This document shows, one piece after another, positions 47,467 to 57,689 of a stretch of DNA of 64,000 nt (position 1 is the first letter of the stretch; each line of letters opens with the position of its first letter). The notes beneath the pieces were generated by a model. It worked only from the letters and a program-made list of their open reading frames with translations. It was not told the origin of the DNA and did not search any database. This stretch comes from Bacteroidia bacterium (GTDB taxonomy: Bacteria; Bacteroidota; Bacteroidia; Bacteroidales; GCA-2748055), in assembly GCA_030639005.1 (NCBI GenBank), contig DAOWDN010000164.1, forward strand, positions 17,369 to 81,368, read 5' to 3'. The position numbers were made by a program, and so were the translations under genes.

Positions 47467-50400
47467 ATGAAGGGTGAACCCTCAATAATAAATACCGGGG
47501 TGACAAGGAAGAACCCATTTCCGGGCAGCAGGCCTTTTGTATCCGCAGAAGACAAATTCTTCTATGGACGAGAGGGTCCTGTTTCTGAACTTGTGGATAC
47601 CCTTCTGGCCAACAGGTTTGTGGCCCTGGTTGGGGCTTCGGCCAGCGGAAAGACCTCCCTGATCCAGTCAGGTATCATTCCTGCACTGCTTTCTGATAAT
47701 AAGAGGGAGTGGATCCCGGTATCAATTCGCCCGGGTGCTCAGCCCATGTTAAGCCTGATACGCGGATTTCAGCAGGTGTTCCCCAAAAAGATTTCGGACT
47801 TTGAAGTGAACTCTTTTCTGAACGATTCTCAGAATATTGGGGAGTTTATTACAAACAAAGGACTCGGCAACTATCACTACTTCCTGGTTGTGGACCAGTT
47901 TGAGGAGCTTTTTACCGGTCCCGCTTCCATCAAAAAGAAAAAAAGGAATGGAAGAAATCCGGAATCGAGGCAATTCATCGAAAACCTGGTAGATGCGGTT
48001 GATGATAAAGAGACCGGGATCTATGTTATGTTATCCATTCGCTCAGATTTTCTGGATGTATGTACCTCCTACCGGCTGTTAACCGATCAAATAAACAAGA
48101 GCAAGTACCTGCTTCCCCAGATGACCAGGAAGGCACTTTCGGAGGCCATTACAGAACCCATATACCATGCTGGTGCATCTGTTGCGCCGGGTTTTGAGGA
48201 GTATCTGCTGAACGAACTGGAGGAGGTGAATCCCAAGCTACTATTTCTTCAGTATGCCCTCCACCATACCTGGGATCACTGGGTGGCGAGGGGCCAGCCT
48301 GATCAGCCCGTCTCTCTTGAAGATTTTCAGGCCATCGGGGCACTTAACGATAAATGGAGCAAGCAACTGGAGGATGCATATGATGCGCTCGAATACCGGC
48401 AGAAGAAAATTTGCGAGCGAATGTTTAAGTCCATTGCCTTCAGGACAGAGAATCAGGAGTATATAAATTGGCACTCCTCCCTGGACAACATTGCCAGAAT
48501 TGCTCAGTGCAGCACTGAAGAGGCGATTGAGGTAGCAGAAATTTTCAGAAAGACCGGGGGACCAATTCTTGGTCCCCAGGTTCCGGGCAGTCTCACTCCG
48601 GATAGCCTGGTTGAATTATCACATGAGTCTCTTATTACTGTTTGGGAGAGGTTGCAACGATGGATTGATGAGGAAGCGGAGTCGATCACCATCTATCTTA
48701 AATTGTCTGAAGCTGCCTCCAACTATCAACAGGGAAGGGTTGAACTCTGGAAACCACCGGAACTTCAAAAGGCTGTTGCCTGGAGAGAATCACAGGATCC
48801 TAATCCGGCCTGGGGTGCCCAGTTTGATCCCGCTTTTGAAAGGGCATTGGTATTCCTGAGTACCAGTGAGGAGGAGTATACATCGAACGAAGAGCGTAAG
48901 GTGATACTTCTTAAGAGACGAAGGTTGATGACCCGTTCCATTGCCATTATCACCGGGATTGCAGCGGTAGTTGTTTTACTGATTTTCCTTCTTTCCAGAA
49001 GCGGGCAGGATGCCCTGGATCAGCGGGACAATCGGGCAGCAATGGGTTCCGGAGAAACCACAGAAACAGTTCCCGAAACATCTTTCAGCGATAGGAGTTC
49101 AGTACAGCAGTCCGGAGGGCAGGATTTGGATGATCAGCAGACCGGAATTTCAGAAGAAGCGGGCGATGCGGATGCGGTCGAACCCCTTGTTGAGCAGAGG
49201 GAGCAGAGGGAGGAAGCACCAGGGCCGGTGGCGGAAAATGAAACTGAAGCCGATACACCTCAGCCTGAAGTCGCTGATAACCAGGAGATTAAGCCGGACA
49301 ATAATAACGTCGTACCGGACAACGACAATGTTCAATTCGCTTACGGAACGGTTGAACTCAATGTAGTAAGGGATGTTGCTGAACAGAGTGCGGGAATCTC
49401 AAGAAATCCTGATCTTCAGGGATTACTGGCCTACCAGGCTTATAAACTGAATCTGGCTTATGGAGGCGACCCATATGAACCGGATATTTTTAATGGGCTC
49501 TACGAAGCACGCAAGAAACTGATCTCAGCCGCATACAACATTTATGGAAACCTGAGAAACTCTGTGAAAGCTATGAAATGGCTCGACAGGACGGGGAGTA
49601 TACTTACTGCCAGCAGTGATGGAAGCATCAAGATACTGTCTGGCAACCTGGCCGACCGTTTAGCACAAATCCCTCTGGCCGGAACAGGTCTGAATAACGA
49701 ATGTCTGGGAGTAAGCCCGGATGAGAGGATCGCAGCGGTTGGGACCAACGGGGGTGGATTGGTTTTCATTGAACTGGAAAACAGGGGTGAAGTGATCCAT
49801 CAAAATGTGGACCAGGGTGAAGTTGTACTTTTCATCCAGAACCTGGGTAATTCAGGGAGTTTCCTTTCTGCAGGGACAAGCAACCGGATCCTGAAATGGG
49901 ATTATAACAGTTTTAGCAGCACCACCCTGGTCACATCGCCCGACAGGCCAACTGCGCTGGTGACATCCGGCGATGGATCGAGGGCGCTGTTCGGTACCAG
50001 GAATGGAAAGTTATATGCGTTCAATGTAAGTAATTCATCCCAGCTGTCTGAGGTAAATAATTTTGGTGGCAATCCGTTGAGAGCTCTGGCATTCAGCCCC
50101 GGAGAACGATACCTGGCAACAGGGCATCTCGATGGTTCGGTGAGAGTTCTGTCAGGGGACGGACGAACTACCATTACCCGGTTGTATGGGCCGGGTGCCC
50201 GGGTGACTGCCGTAGAATTCAGTCCCAATGGGAAGTTCCTGGTGGCTGCCTCTCACGACGGGAATGTGTACATGTGGAATGTACAAAACCTAAGCAATTC
50301 TCCTCTGGTTTTTACCGAGAACAATGGATTTGTCCTCTCCATCTGTTTCAATAGGAACAGCAACTATTTTTACACTGGAAGTGTAGCATATCCCCGTATG

Positions 50401-50532
50401 GTTGGAAGGCCTACTGAGCCTGATCAGATGGCAGAGGATTTCTGTTCATTGATTGGAAGAAACCTGACCCGGGAGGAGTGGATTCAATACTTCGGAGAGG
50501 AGATTCCCTACGAAGAGACTTGTCCGAGATAA
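47467..50532 (+). CDS. STAND-type P-loop NTPase with a single TM helix, an acidic linker and a C-terminal WD40 beta-propeller
   Basis: Walker A is ALVGASASGKTS and Walker B is FLVVDQFEELF. The TM helix is SIAIITGIAAVVVLLIFLL. WD40-like blades include LAFSPGERYLATGHLDGSVRVLS and VEFSPNGKFLVAASHDGNVYMWNV. Confidence 0.8.
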   Translation: MKGEPSIINTGVTRKNPFPGSRPFVSAEDKFFYGREGPVSELVDTLLANRFVALVGASASGKTSLIQSGIIPALLSDNKREWIPVSIRPGAQPMLSLIRGFQQVFPKKISDFEVNSFLNDSQNIGEFITNKGLGNYHYFLVVDQFEELFTGPASIKKKKRNGRNPESRQFIENLVDAVDDKETGIYVMLSIRSDFLDVCTSYRLLTDQINKSKYLLPQMTRKALSEAITEPIYHAGASVAPGFEEYLLNELEEVNPKLLFLQYALHHTWDHWVARGQPDQPVSLEDFQAIGALNDKWSKQLEDAYDALEYRQKKICERMFKSIAFRTENQEYINWHSSLDNIARIAQCSTEEAIEVAEIFRKTGGPILGPQVPGSLTPDSLVELSHESLITVWERLQRWIDEEAESITIYLKLSEAASNYQQGRVELWKPPELQKAVAWRESQDPNPAWGAQFDPAFERALVFLSTSEEEYTSNEERKVILLKRRRLMTRSIAIITGIAAVVVLLIFLLSRSGQDALDQRDNRAAMGSGETTETVPETSFSDRSSVQQSGGQDLDDQQTGISEEAGDADAVEPLVEQREQREEAPGPVAENETEADTPQPEVADNQEIKPDNNNVVPDNDNVQFAYGTVELNVVRDVAEQSAGISRNPDLQGLLAYQAYKLNLAYGGDPYEPDIFNGLYEARKKLISAAYNIYGNLRNSVKAMKWLDRTGSILTASSDGSIKILSGNLADRLAQIPLAGTGLNNECLGVSPDERIAAVGTNGGGLVFIELENRGEVIHQNVDQGEVVLFIQNLGNSGSFLSAGTSNRILKWDYNSFSSTTLVTSPDRPTALVTSGDGSRALFGTRNGKLYAFNVSNSSQLSEVNNFGGNPLRALAFSPGERYLATGHLDGSVRVLSGDGRTTITRLYGPGARVTAVEFSPNGKFLVAASHDGNVYMWNVQNLSNSPLVFTENNGFVLSICFNRNSNYFYTGSVAYPRMVGRPTEPDQMAEDFCSLIGRNLTREEWIQYFGEEIPYEETCPR

Positions 50533-50552
50533 TTCATTAAAAGCAACCTGAT

Positions 50553-51689
50553 ATGCCAAAACGGATTCTCTTATTCTTTCTCTTGTCTATTGGTTATCAG
50601 ACCTTGACGGCACAGGATGTAGTGGGGTGTACCTACCTGCTCGAAGATGCCAAAGAGGCTTATGCAGGAGGGATGGTCGAGTTGATCCCTGAACTGTTGC
50701 TTCCCTGTTTGGGCTCTGATGGATTAACGGGTAGCCCCAGGCGCGAAGCGTATAAACTGGTGATCAATTCATACCTCTTCGATCACATGCCCGAGGAGGC
50801 CCATACCCTGATGGATCGTTTTGTGGATGAATATCCGGATTACAGGGCAGGAAGTACCGATCCTGCCGAGTTTGTTCTCTTACTGAATACAAATCTGCTG
50901 AGCAAAGGAATCGATCCGGATGAAGAGCCTTTCAATGCAAATGTAACGGAAGGGGATTCGGTCACTGCCCGGCCAGGAAGGGAGAGAAGGCCCAAGGTGC
51001 TGGGTGTAAGCGGACATTCACTCGGATTTCATGCGGGAGCAAACGGGACATTTTCACAGCTTATTGAAAGGTACAGTTTTGGAGATATGGACCAGGACAA
51101 GGGGCGTTTTGGTGTAAGGCCAGGGTTTCAGATGGGAGCTACTGTGAATTTCCTGATTAATGAGCGCTTTGATATCTCTTCGGGTCTGCTCTATAACCGT
51201 ACGAGTTTAAAATATACCGCCACCCCTCTCTCTTCCACTTCCTACGAATATATCGAAAACGGGAATCATCTTCAGCTTCCAGTCTCATTGATTTTCAAAC
51301 TGAATCCTGAAAGCACGGGAATCAGTTATTATGCAAGGGCAGGTCTGGTGGCAGATTACCTGTTTTCTGCCTTCGGGGCCGGAACCCGGAGTTCTGATGA
51401 GTCGGTGAATGAGGTCATTGTCGAAAAGACGGATGTGACCGGGTCGAGGAGACAGATCAATTTTTCCGGGATGGCTGGCGCGGGTTTAAGGGTACCGCTT
51501 AACAGGTCCTTTTTCTATACGGAGGTCCGGTTTACATCAAGTATACTCAAGTCCAACCGGGCGGAGAACCGCTACCCGAACAATGATCTGACCTGGCTGC
51601 TGTATCATGTTGACAGCGATTTCCGAATACATCAGTTCAGTATTTGCACCGGGATTTGCTGGAATATTTCAAATAAGGAGGACCTCTGA
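50553..51689 (+). CDS. Outer-membrane beta-barrel (porin-family-like) protein with a helical N-terminal domain
   Basis: It has a signal peptide and a C-terminal half of alternating strands (GFHAGANGTF...GFQMGATVNF...SSGLLYNRTSLKY...AGAGLRVPL...). Confidence 0.55.
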   Translation: MPKRILLFFLLSIGYQTLTAQDVVGCTYLLEDAKEAYAGGMVELIPELLLPCLGSDGLTGSPRREAYKLVINSYLFDHMPEEAHTLMDRFVDEYPDYRAGSTDPAEFVLLLNTNLLSKGIDPDEEPFNANVTEGDSVTARPGRERRPKVLGVSGHSLGFHAGANGTFSQLIERYSFGDMDQDKGRFGVRPGFQMGATVNFLINERFDISSGLLYNRTSLKYTATPLSSTSYEYIENGNHLQLPVSLIFKLNPESTGISYYARAGLVADYLFSAFGAGTRSSDESVNEVIVEKTDVTGSRRQINFSGMAGAGLRVPLNRSFFYTEVRFTSSILKSNRAENRYPNNDLTWLLYHVDSDFRIHQFSICTGICWNISNKEDL

Positions 51690-51690
51690 C

Positions 51691-52887
51691 ATGAGATATG
51701 CAATCATCATAGCGTTGTTGGCAGGATTGTTAAGCTCCTGTGAGAGGGATATTTCACCGGTCCAGGCCGAAAAGTTTGTAAAATTCTATGGCAGCTACCT
51801 GATGGACGACGCAGGGGAGGTAGAGGTACTTGATAATGGCGGGTATGCCATATGTGGCACCGTAACCACTTCTGAATCAGGGAGAAAAATGGTGCTGATC
51901 CTTACTGATAAATACGGAAACATGCAGAGTGGCTTCCCAAGGTATTATGCCGAAGAGGGACTGGAAGCCGGAGCCAACTCAATGGTTGTCCTGGAGGGCG
52001 GAACTGGCGGATTTCTTTTAAGTGGATTTGTGGAACGCCCGGTGGCTGGATCGCAGACAGTGCAGAAGGATATTTTCGTGGTCAGGACCTCAGCTTCGGG
52101 CGAGGAGTTGTGGCAGAGAAGTTATGGTTCCAGGGAAAATGAACAGATCCTTCATTCCATTGAAATGATCGGTCCGGGTTTCATGCTTGCCGGATACCAG
52201 GTGAAAAACGGGAGATCGGATATTCTCATCATGGGAGTCACTGAGGAGGGAGATTCAATACGGCTCGGCCTGAACTACAACAATCCTTATGCCGAGAACG
52301 CTACTGCCACCTACCTGATCAATACCGGTAAAGACTATATGTGCGTATGCACCTTTGATAAAACAAATGATAAGGGGACAGATATTCTTATTCTCAGTTT
52401 TGATAATGAACTGAGCCCGCTGGAAAAGAACCTTTCAGGTGAGCTTGATGAATTCGGGAGGTGTATTATTGAAGAGGCCGGGAACCGGTACCTGGTTCTT
52501 GGAAACCGGATCGGTTCTTCAGGCAATACTGAGATGGTGGTGCACTCGGTTGAGAAGGACGGTTTATTTATTACAAATACCGAGCTGGTTGCAACCATTT
52601 CTGAAAGTAACGCAGACCTTATAGGGAAGAGAATGATTGAAACAATGGATGGCAGGTATGCCATTGTGGGAACAAGGGAAGTGGGAGGCAACAGCAATAT
52701 TTTTCTGCAGTTTCTCTCCTCCGGTTACACCGTGGAAGAACAGGTATCCTATGGTGCCTCCGGGGTCCAGTCAGGAACCGATATAGACAATGTAGATGAC
52801 GGGGGAATTGTTCTGCTGGGCACCAACAGTTTTGGGGAGAACAGCATAATCTCTTTGATAAAAACCAGTGAAACAGGGGATCTGTAA
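51691..52887 (+). CDS. Lipoprotein with a repeated beta-propeller-like motif
   Basis: The ATG at 51691 is 2 nt after the previous stop and is preceded by taaggagg. The lipobox is LLAGLLSSC. A motif recurs about six times: GGYAICGTV, GGFLLSGFV, GFMLAGYQV, RYLVLGNR, GRYAIVGTR and GGIVLLGTN. Confidence 0.6.
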   Translation: MRYAIIIALLAGLLSSCERDISPVQAEKFVKFYGSYLMDDAGEVEVLDNGGYAICGTVTTSESGRKMVLILTDKYGNMQSGFPRYYAEEGLEAGANSMVVLEGGTGGFLLSGFVERPVAGSQTVQKDIFVVRTSASGEELWQRSYGSRENEQILHSIEMIGPGFMLAGYQVKNGRSDILIMGVTEEGDSIRLGLNYNNPYAENATATYLINTGKDYMCVCTFDKTNDKGTDILILSFDNELSPLEKNLSGELDEFGRCIIEEAGNRYLVLGNRIGSSGNTEMVVHSVEKDGLFITNTELVATISESNADLIGKRMIETMDGRYAIVGTREVGGNSNIFLQFLSSGYTVEEQVSYGASGVQSGTDIDNVDDGGIVLLGTNSFGENSIISLIKTSETGDL

Positions 52888-55334
52888 TGGCTTATTTTAC
52901 CAGATATCGAATAGTGATACGAAATGTTTTATTTCTCTTTGTCTCATTGATCCTGCTACTTTTTAGTGGTTTGGTATGGGGACAAATTGAGATAGAGAAT
53001 CTGCCAGAATCTGTATGTAAGAATGATGCCCCCTATCCGCTGGTCCCCATACCCCCTGATGCGGGTGCTGTGTACCAGTTTTCCGGAACGGGTGTCACAG
53101 GGAACCAGGCTGATGGTTATTTTTATAATCCTGCAAGTCCCGATGTACCTGTCGGAACCATTGAGATCAGGCTGGATTATACCCCCTCTGGTGGCAGCCA
53201 AACAACCTATCTGTACTCCGTTGATAATCGTTTTGTGCCGACCCTGGCTTTTTCGACCACCCCTGCCTGTATTCCCTCCAACGGGGGAGTGGTACAGTTC
53301 AGCAACCTGACCAGCGGTAAGTTTTCTGTAGCATCATGGAGCTGGAATTTTGGCGATCCGGGGAGCGGATCTGCAAACAGCAGCAGCGAGGAGGAACCCG
53401 ATCATTTCTATCCAGCTCCCGGTTCGTGGGATGTCACCCTTTCTGCAGTGACCACTGAAGGATGTTCGGTGTCGCAGGATCAGACCATTACCCTGGCTGA
53501 CGAGCCTGCAGTAGATTTCACCTGGCTCAATGACTGTTATATAAGGGGGCAGCAGGTTGGCTTCATGGATCGTTCCGTATCAAGGTTTTCAGAAATTAAC
53601 AGCCTGGTGTGGACCTTCCGGACCACCACTGGTGGAGTGTTGGGCCAGATCGGGAGCAGCTCTCCGGAGGATACCATCTATTTTCCCTTCACCTCTATGG
53701 ATGACTATAACGTTACCCTGCAGGTCGAGAATGATGCAGGTTGTCCGGGTACGCTTACAAAAACCATTGCTTTTAAGCCGATTCATAAACTCACTGCCTC
53801 CGGATATAAAGAAACATTCGATGACATTGATACCGACTGGCTGGTTGATTCGGAGGATGGCAGGGAGAGCTGGGTGCTTGGAGAACCCGACTTTACCGGA
53901 TTCAACCCGGTTGCGGGTGACAGGGGATGGTATACAGTATTACCTGCTCATACAGCCGGTTATGTTGAGAGTTCATGGGTTCAGAGTCAATGTTTTGATC
54001 TGTCACAACTGTCGAGTCCCCTGGTCCTGCTCGATTTGATGAAGAGCTTTATACCCGGAACAGATGGAGCGGTTTTGCAGTACCAGGACTTTGTGAGTGA
54101 AGGATGGAAGACCATCGGTGTGGTGGGGTCCGGACAGAACTGGTACAACAGCTGGGGGATATTCAATGAACCGGGAGGCAGCAGTTTTGGTTGGGGACTT
54201 CCCCTGTTTGAGCCTGATGAAGTGTGGGTCCATGCAGGGTATCAAATAGATGGGCTGGCCGGTCGGTCTTTTGTAAAGTTTCGGGTGGCCATTGGAACCG
54301 GAGGCAGACAAGCTTCAGGGAACCAGGGATTTGCATTTGACAACTTTTTCATTGGAGAGCGGGCCAGGAATTCAGTCCTGGAACATTTCACCAACTCTGC
54401 CAGTGAAACAGCCGCAGCAGCTGACGGGGTGGTGGAACAATTTGTGTCTGACCATAGCGGGATAGTGATCGACCTTCAGTACCACATGGATTATCCTGGT
54501 GAGGACCCCATGAACCTGAACAATCCTCTCCCGCCCTCTGTACGGGCATTTAACTATGGAGTTCCCGGGGTACCCTATGCTGTGCTGAATGGCGGATCCG
54601 GACCGGAATTTCGTTACGATTTTTCACATGCTTCAGAAGAGCCTGATGAAGAGGTACTGCTGGAAGCGTCGCTTGAGGTCCCTCCCTTTGATCTGCTGTT
54701 GAATGTGGATTTCAGTAAGCACTCCTTTGCAGGTAGTGCAAAGGTAACCTGTATCGAAGACACCTATCCGTCAAATATCCAGCTCTACGTGGTGGTCATT
54801 GAAGAGGAGGTCACCGCTTATACAGGTGCCAGCCAGACCACATCTTACCGGAATGTGGTGCTGGAGATCCTGCCCACGCCAGCCGGAAAACTTATGGGCA
54901 GCGACTGGGGAGCCGGCGACTCTGAATCCATGAGTTTCAGCTGGGATTATGCGGCTTACGTGGAGGATGTTGATGATCTGGCGGTGGTTGCTTTTATCTT
55001 CGACAGAGATCTGGAGAAGATACTCCAGGCAAGTGTCATGAGAGCTGATCCCGGTACGGGAATCGGTGACAGAACAGGCAGCAGGGAATTGCTGGAACTC
55101 TATCCCAATCCTGCACATGATTATGTATATATTAATCTTGGAAAGCCGGTTGAGAATCGGGGTCAGATCACAATTGTAGATCTTTCCGGAAGGGTGGTGA
55201 TGGATTCAGATATTGAACCCGGGTATTCCATCCGGCAACTGGATATATCGAATCTTTCCCAGGGAGTTTACCTCGTAAACTGGGTGGAATCAGGGGTAAG
55301 CATGGGACACGGTAAACTTGTACGTACCCGTTGA
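52887..55334 (+). CDS. Secreted PKD-domain protein with a T9SS C-terminal sorting domain
   Basis: The ATG overlaps the upstream TAA (taATG). A PKD-like segment is WSWNFGDPGSGS...HFYPAPGSWDVTLSAVTTEGC. The C-terminal LELYPNPAHDYVYINL...LSQGVYLVNWV is a Por_Secre_tail pattern. Confidence 0.8.
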   Translation: MAYFTRYRIVIRNVLFLFVSLILLLFSGLVWGQIEIENLPESVCKNDAPYPLVPIPPDAGAVYQFSGTGVTGNQADGYFYNPASPDVPVGTIEIRLDYTPSGGSQTTYLYSVDNRFVPTLAFSTTPACIPSNGGVVQFSNLTSGKFSVASWSWNFGDPGSGSANSSSEEEPDHFYPAPGSWDVTLSAVTTEGCSVSQDQTITLADEPAVDFTWLNDCYIRGQQVGFMDRSVSRFSEINSLVWTFRTTTGGVLGQIGSSSPEDTIYFPFTSMDDYNVTLQVENDAGCPGTLTKTIAFKPIHKLTASGYKETFDDIDTDWLVDSEDGRESWVLGEPDFTGFNPVAGDRGWYTVLPAHTAGYVESSWVQSQCFDLSQLSSPLVLLDLMKSFIPGTDGAVLQYQDFVSEGWKTIGVVGSGQNWYNSWGIFNEPGGSSFGWGLPLFEPDEVWVHAGYQIDGLAGRSFVKFRVAIGTGGRQASGNQGFAFDNFFIGERARNSVLEHFTNSASETAAAADGVVEQFVSDHSGIVIDLQYHMDYPGEDPMNLNNPLPPSVRAFNYGVPGVPYAVLNGGSGPEFRYDFSHASEEPDEEVLLEASLEVPPFDLLLNVDFSKHSFAGSAKVTCIEDTYPSNIQLYVVVIEEEVTAYTGASQTTSYRNVVLEILPTPAGKLMGSDWGAGDSESMSFSWDYAAYVEDVDDLAVVAFIFDRDLEKILQASVMRADPGTGIGDRTGSRELLELYPNPAHDYVYINLGKPVENRGQITIVDLSGRVVMDSDIEPGYSIRQLDISNLSQGVYLVNWVESGVSMGHGKLVRTR

Positions 55335-56543
55335 TCAGGATTCATCACTAAGGGTACGGGCAAAATCTTCACCAAATTTAATGAGCCGTTCCGACTCTTC
55401 ATTGTTGGGGTAGAATCTCGCTTTTGCTCCTTCGGCAGTCACCTTCAGTTTCAGATTTCTGAGATGGTCCTCGATAAGTTTCACAGCTTCCCCGCTCCAT
55501 CCAAATGAACCAAAGGCAGCTGCTGGTTTTCCCTTATCGCGGATAGGATTGATGACAGAAAACAGCTTATAGACCGGGAGCAGGGTGTTCTGGTTGATGG
55601 TGGGGGAACCCACCACAATCCCGTCGGCCCTAACCACATGCTCTTCCAGGTCGCCCAGCAGCATGTTCTCGATATCCACTATATCGACCGTGGTATTAGC
55701 TGTTTTTTTCAGGCCTTCCGCTATCTGTATGGCCATCTCCCGGGTATAGCCATAAGCAGAGACATAGGCCACCAGCACCCGGTTATCGCGCTGCGTTTCT
55801 TCCAGGTAGCTGTTCGCCTTCTTAGCTGAACTCTCTATCTTCTCTTTCCATCCCGACCGCAGGATAGGTCCGTGGCCCGGACAAACCATCTCCAGGGGCA
55901 GGGTTTTGATCTTCTCGATGGCCTTCACCATGAACTTGCTGTACGGCTTCAGGATGACGTCAAAATAGTAATTGAATGCATCGGAATAGTCATCCACCTG
56001 GTCATCGAACATTCGTTCGTCGGCGTAGTGGGCGCCAAAAGAGTCACAGGTAAACAGCAGTCCATCCTCTTCCAGGTAGGTATATATGGTGTCGGGCCAG
56101 TGCAGGTTTGGAGCACCGATCACCCTTAGTTTTTTATTTCCCAGGTCGAGGGTGTCCCCATCTTTCACCTTCATTGATTTGAAGGGACGGTCTACCATCT
56201 CCCCCAGGTAAGTGATTGCCTGTCCGCTTCCCACCACAGTGGCATTGGGAGCAATCTCAAGCAGGTATTTCAAAGAACCAGAATGATCGGGTTCGGTATG
56301 GTTGCAAACAATGTATTCAATTTCAGAGGGGTCGGTCAGTGAAAGCAGTTTTTCTTTGAATGCCGGCCAGTATTTCTCCTTGACAGTGTCAACTACGGTC
56401 TTCTTCTCAGCTTCAATGAAGTAGGAGTTGTAAGTGGTCCCGTATTTGGTTTCCATCACAATATCAAAGGTGACGATCTCTTTGTCGAGTACACCGATCC
56501 AGCTCACATCCTCACTAACCTGAAGTATTTCTGTATTGTCCAT
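55335..56543 (-). CDS. FprA-family flavodiiron protein (metallo-beta-lactamase domain plus flavodoxin domain)
   Basis: The di-iron motif is VCNHTEPDHSGS, and a flavodoxin-like segment is VLVAYVSAYGYTREMA...VVGSPTINQN. Confidence 0.88.
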   Translation of the reverse strand: MDNTEILQVSEDVSWIGVLDKEIVTFDIVMETKYGTTYNSYFIEAEKKTVVDTVKEKYWPAFKEKLLSLTDPSEIEYIVCNHTEPDHSGSLKYLLEIAPNATVVGSGQAITYLGEMVDRPFKSMKVKDGDTLDLGNKKLRVIGAPNLHWPDTIYTYLEEDGLLFTCDSFGAHYADERMFDDQVDDYSDAFNYYFDVILKPYSKFMVKAIEKIKTLPLEMVCPGHGPILRSGWKEKIESSAKKANSYLEETQRDNRVLVAYVSAYGYTREMAIQIAEGLKKTANTTVDIVDIENMLLGDLEEHVVRADGIVVGSPTINQNTLLPVYKLFSVINPIRDKGKPAAAFGSFGWSGEAVKLIEDHLRNLKLKVTAEGAKARFYPNNEESERLIKFGEDFARTLSDES

Positions 56544-56630
56544 TAATCAGTCCGTTTAGGCTGCAAATATAGCAACCTTTCGCGTATCTGCCGTACGATT
56601 CATCAGGGCATCTGAGCCCGGGGACTGGTC

Positions 56631-56660
56631 AAAAAAAACTGCCCCACCGAGGCGGGGCAG
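56631..56660 (-). terminator. Rho-independent terminator for the small Lys-rich gene
   Basis: The GC hairpin ctgcccc...ggggcag spans 56639-56660 and is followed on the minus strand by T8 (56631-56638). It lies ~50 nt after the stop at 56709. Confidence 0.65.
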
Positions 56661-56708
56661 TAACTAAAACTCACAATCTGAATGTAACGGACCTTAAACC
56701 TTTAAGAA

Positions 56709-56942
56709 TCACCCCCCACATTTGCTTGAGCAATCTGATTTCTTTTCAGTGGCACAACCGTCGCTTTTGGTTGCTTTCTTTGATTTTTCAGCTTTCTTAT
56801 CGTCTGATTTTTTCTCCTTTTTCTTGGGATCGTCCTCGTTGAGAGTGATCTGGGTAAGTGCATTGTTGCTGGCTGCTATCGCTGGAACACTGATACCTCC
56901 AATAAAAAGTGCAAGTGCAATAATTGCTAATGTTTTTTTCAT
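56709..56942 (-). CDS. Small secreted Lys-rich protein with a Cys-containing C-terminus
   Basis: The signal peptide is MKKTLAIIALALFIGGISVPAIA, from the ATG at 56942. A KKKEKKSDDKKAEKSKK segment follows, and the C-terminus is CATEKKSDCSSKCGG. The gene has its own terminator. Confidence 0.45.
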   Translation of the reverse strand: MKKTLAIIALALFIGGISVPAIAASNNALTQITLNEDDPKKKEKKSDDKKAEKSKKATKSDGCATEKKSDCSSKCGG

Positions 56943-57035
56943 GATCTGTTTCTTTGTTGTGTTATGCAGTTGCAATATAGAAGATCATGATACAGCAGGC
57001 TGTTAACAGGATGTTAAATAAGACTTCCAGCTCTT

Positions 57036-57689
57036 TTATTTGAAGCGTGCCACAGGTGTAACGCCCCCGGTTACTTTCTGGCCCGGGATCACCTTGATTT
57101 CGGCATCAGGAGGAAGAAACAGGTCGAGCCTCGATCCAAACTTAATAAATCCCATTTCGCTCCCCTGTGGGGAAGGTTCCCCGGTTGTGGCATAACAGCG
57201 GATTCTTCGGGCAACATATCCAGCTACCTGCCTGACCAGGATCGAACCTGAAGGAGTATCGATTCCGGTGGATGCTCTTTCATTCAGGGAGGAAGATTTG
57301 GGATGCCGGGCCACCAGGTAGCGGCCCGGGTGGTATTTCGTATAGACCACTCTGCCTTCCACAGGGAAGAAATTGATGTGTACATCATGAATACTCATGA
57401 AAATGGAGACCTGGATGGCGGGACCATTCAGAAACTCTTCCTGGTGTACCTTTTCTATTACAACCACTTTGCCATCGGAAGGGGCGGTGATGGTTCTCTC
57501 TTCCAGGAACGGAGTTCTCCGGGGAACCCGGAAAAACCGAAGCACCAGCACCAATATCACCAGAGCGATGACCGATATAAGGTAGTTGGCCTGGTAGGGC
57601 AGGAACCTTCCTGAAATGATGACCAGGGCCAGGAGCAACACGATGGTCAGAGAAACGATCCATCTGCCTTCACGATGTACTCTTATCAT
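57036..57689 (-). CDS. psd: Phosphatidylserine decarboxylase proenzyme
   Basis: 217-aa Bacteroidota-type Psd with the FGSR cleavage region (GFIKFGSRLDLFLP). It is located upstream-adjacent to cdsA. Confidence 0.85.
   Translation of the reverse strand: MIRVHREGRWIVSLTIVLLLALVIISGRFLPYQANYLISVIALVILVLVLRFFRVPRRTPFLEERTITAPSDGKVVVIEKVHQEEFLNGPAIQVSIFMSIHDVHINFFPVEGRVVYTKYHPGRYLVARHPKSSSLNERASTGIDTPSGSILVRQVAGYVARRIRCYATTGEPSPQGSEMGFIKFGSRLDLFLPPDAEIKVIPGQKVTGGVTPVARFK

Noticed and set aside
51607-51690. Upstream start of the lipoprotein ORF overlapping the preceding barrel gene by 83 nt
   Set aside because: The internal ATG at 51691 gives a textbook lipoprotein signal (MRYAIIIALLAGLLSSC), is preceded by taaggagg, and abuts the previous stop.
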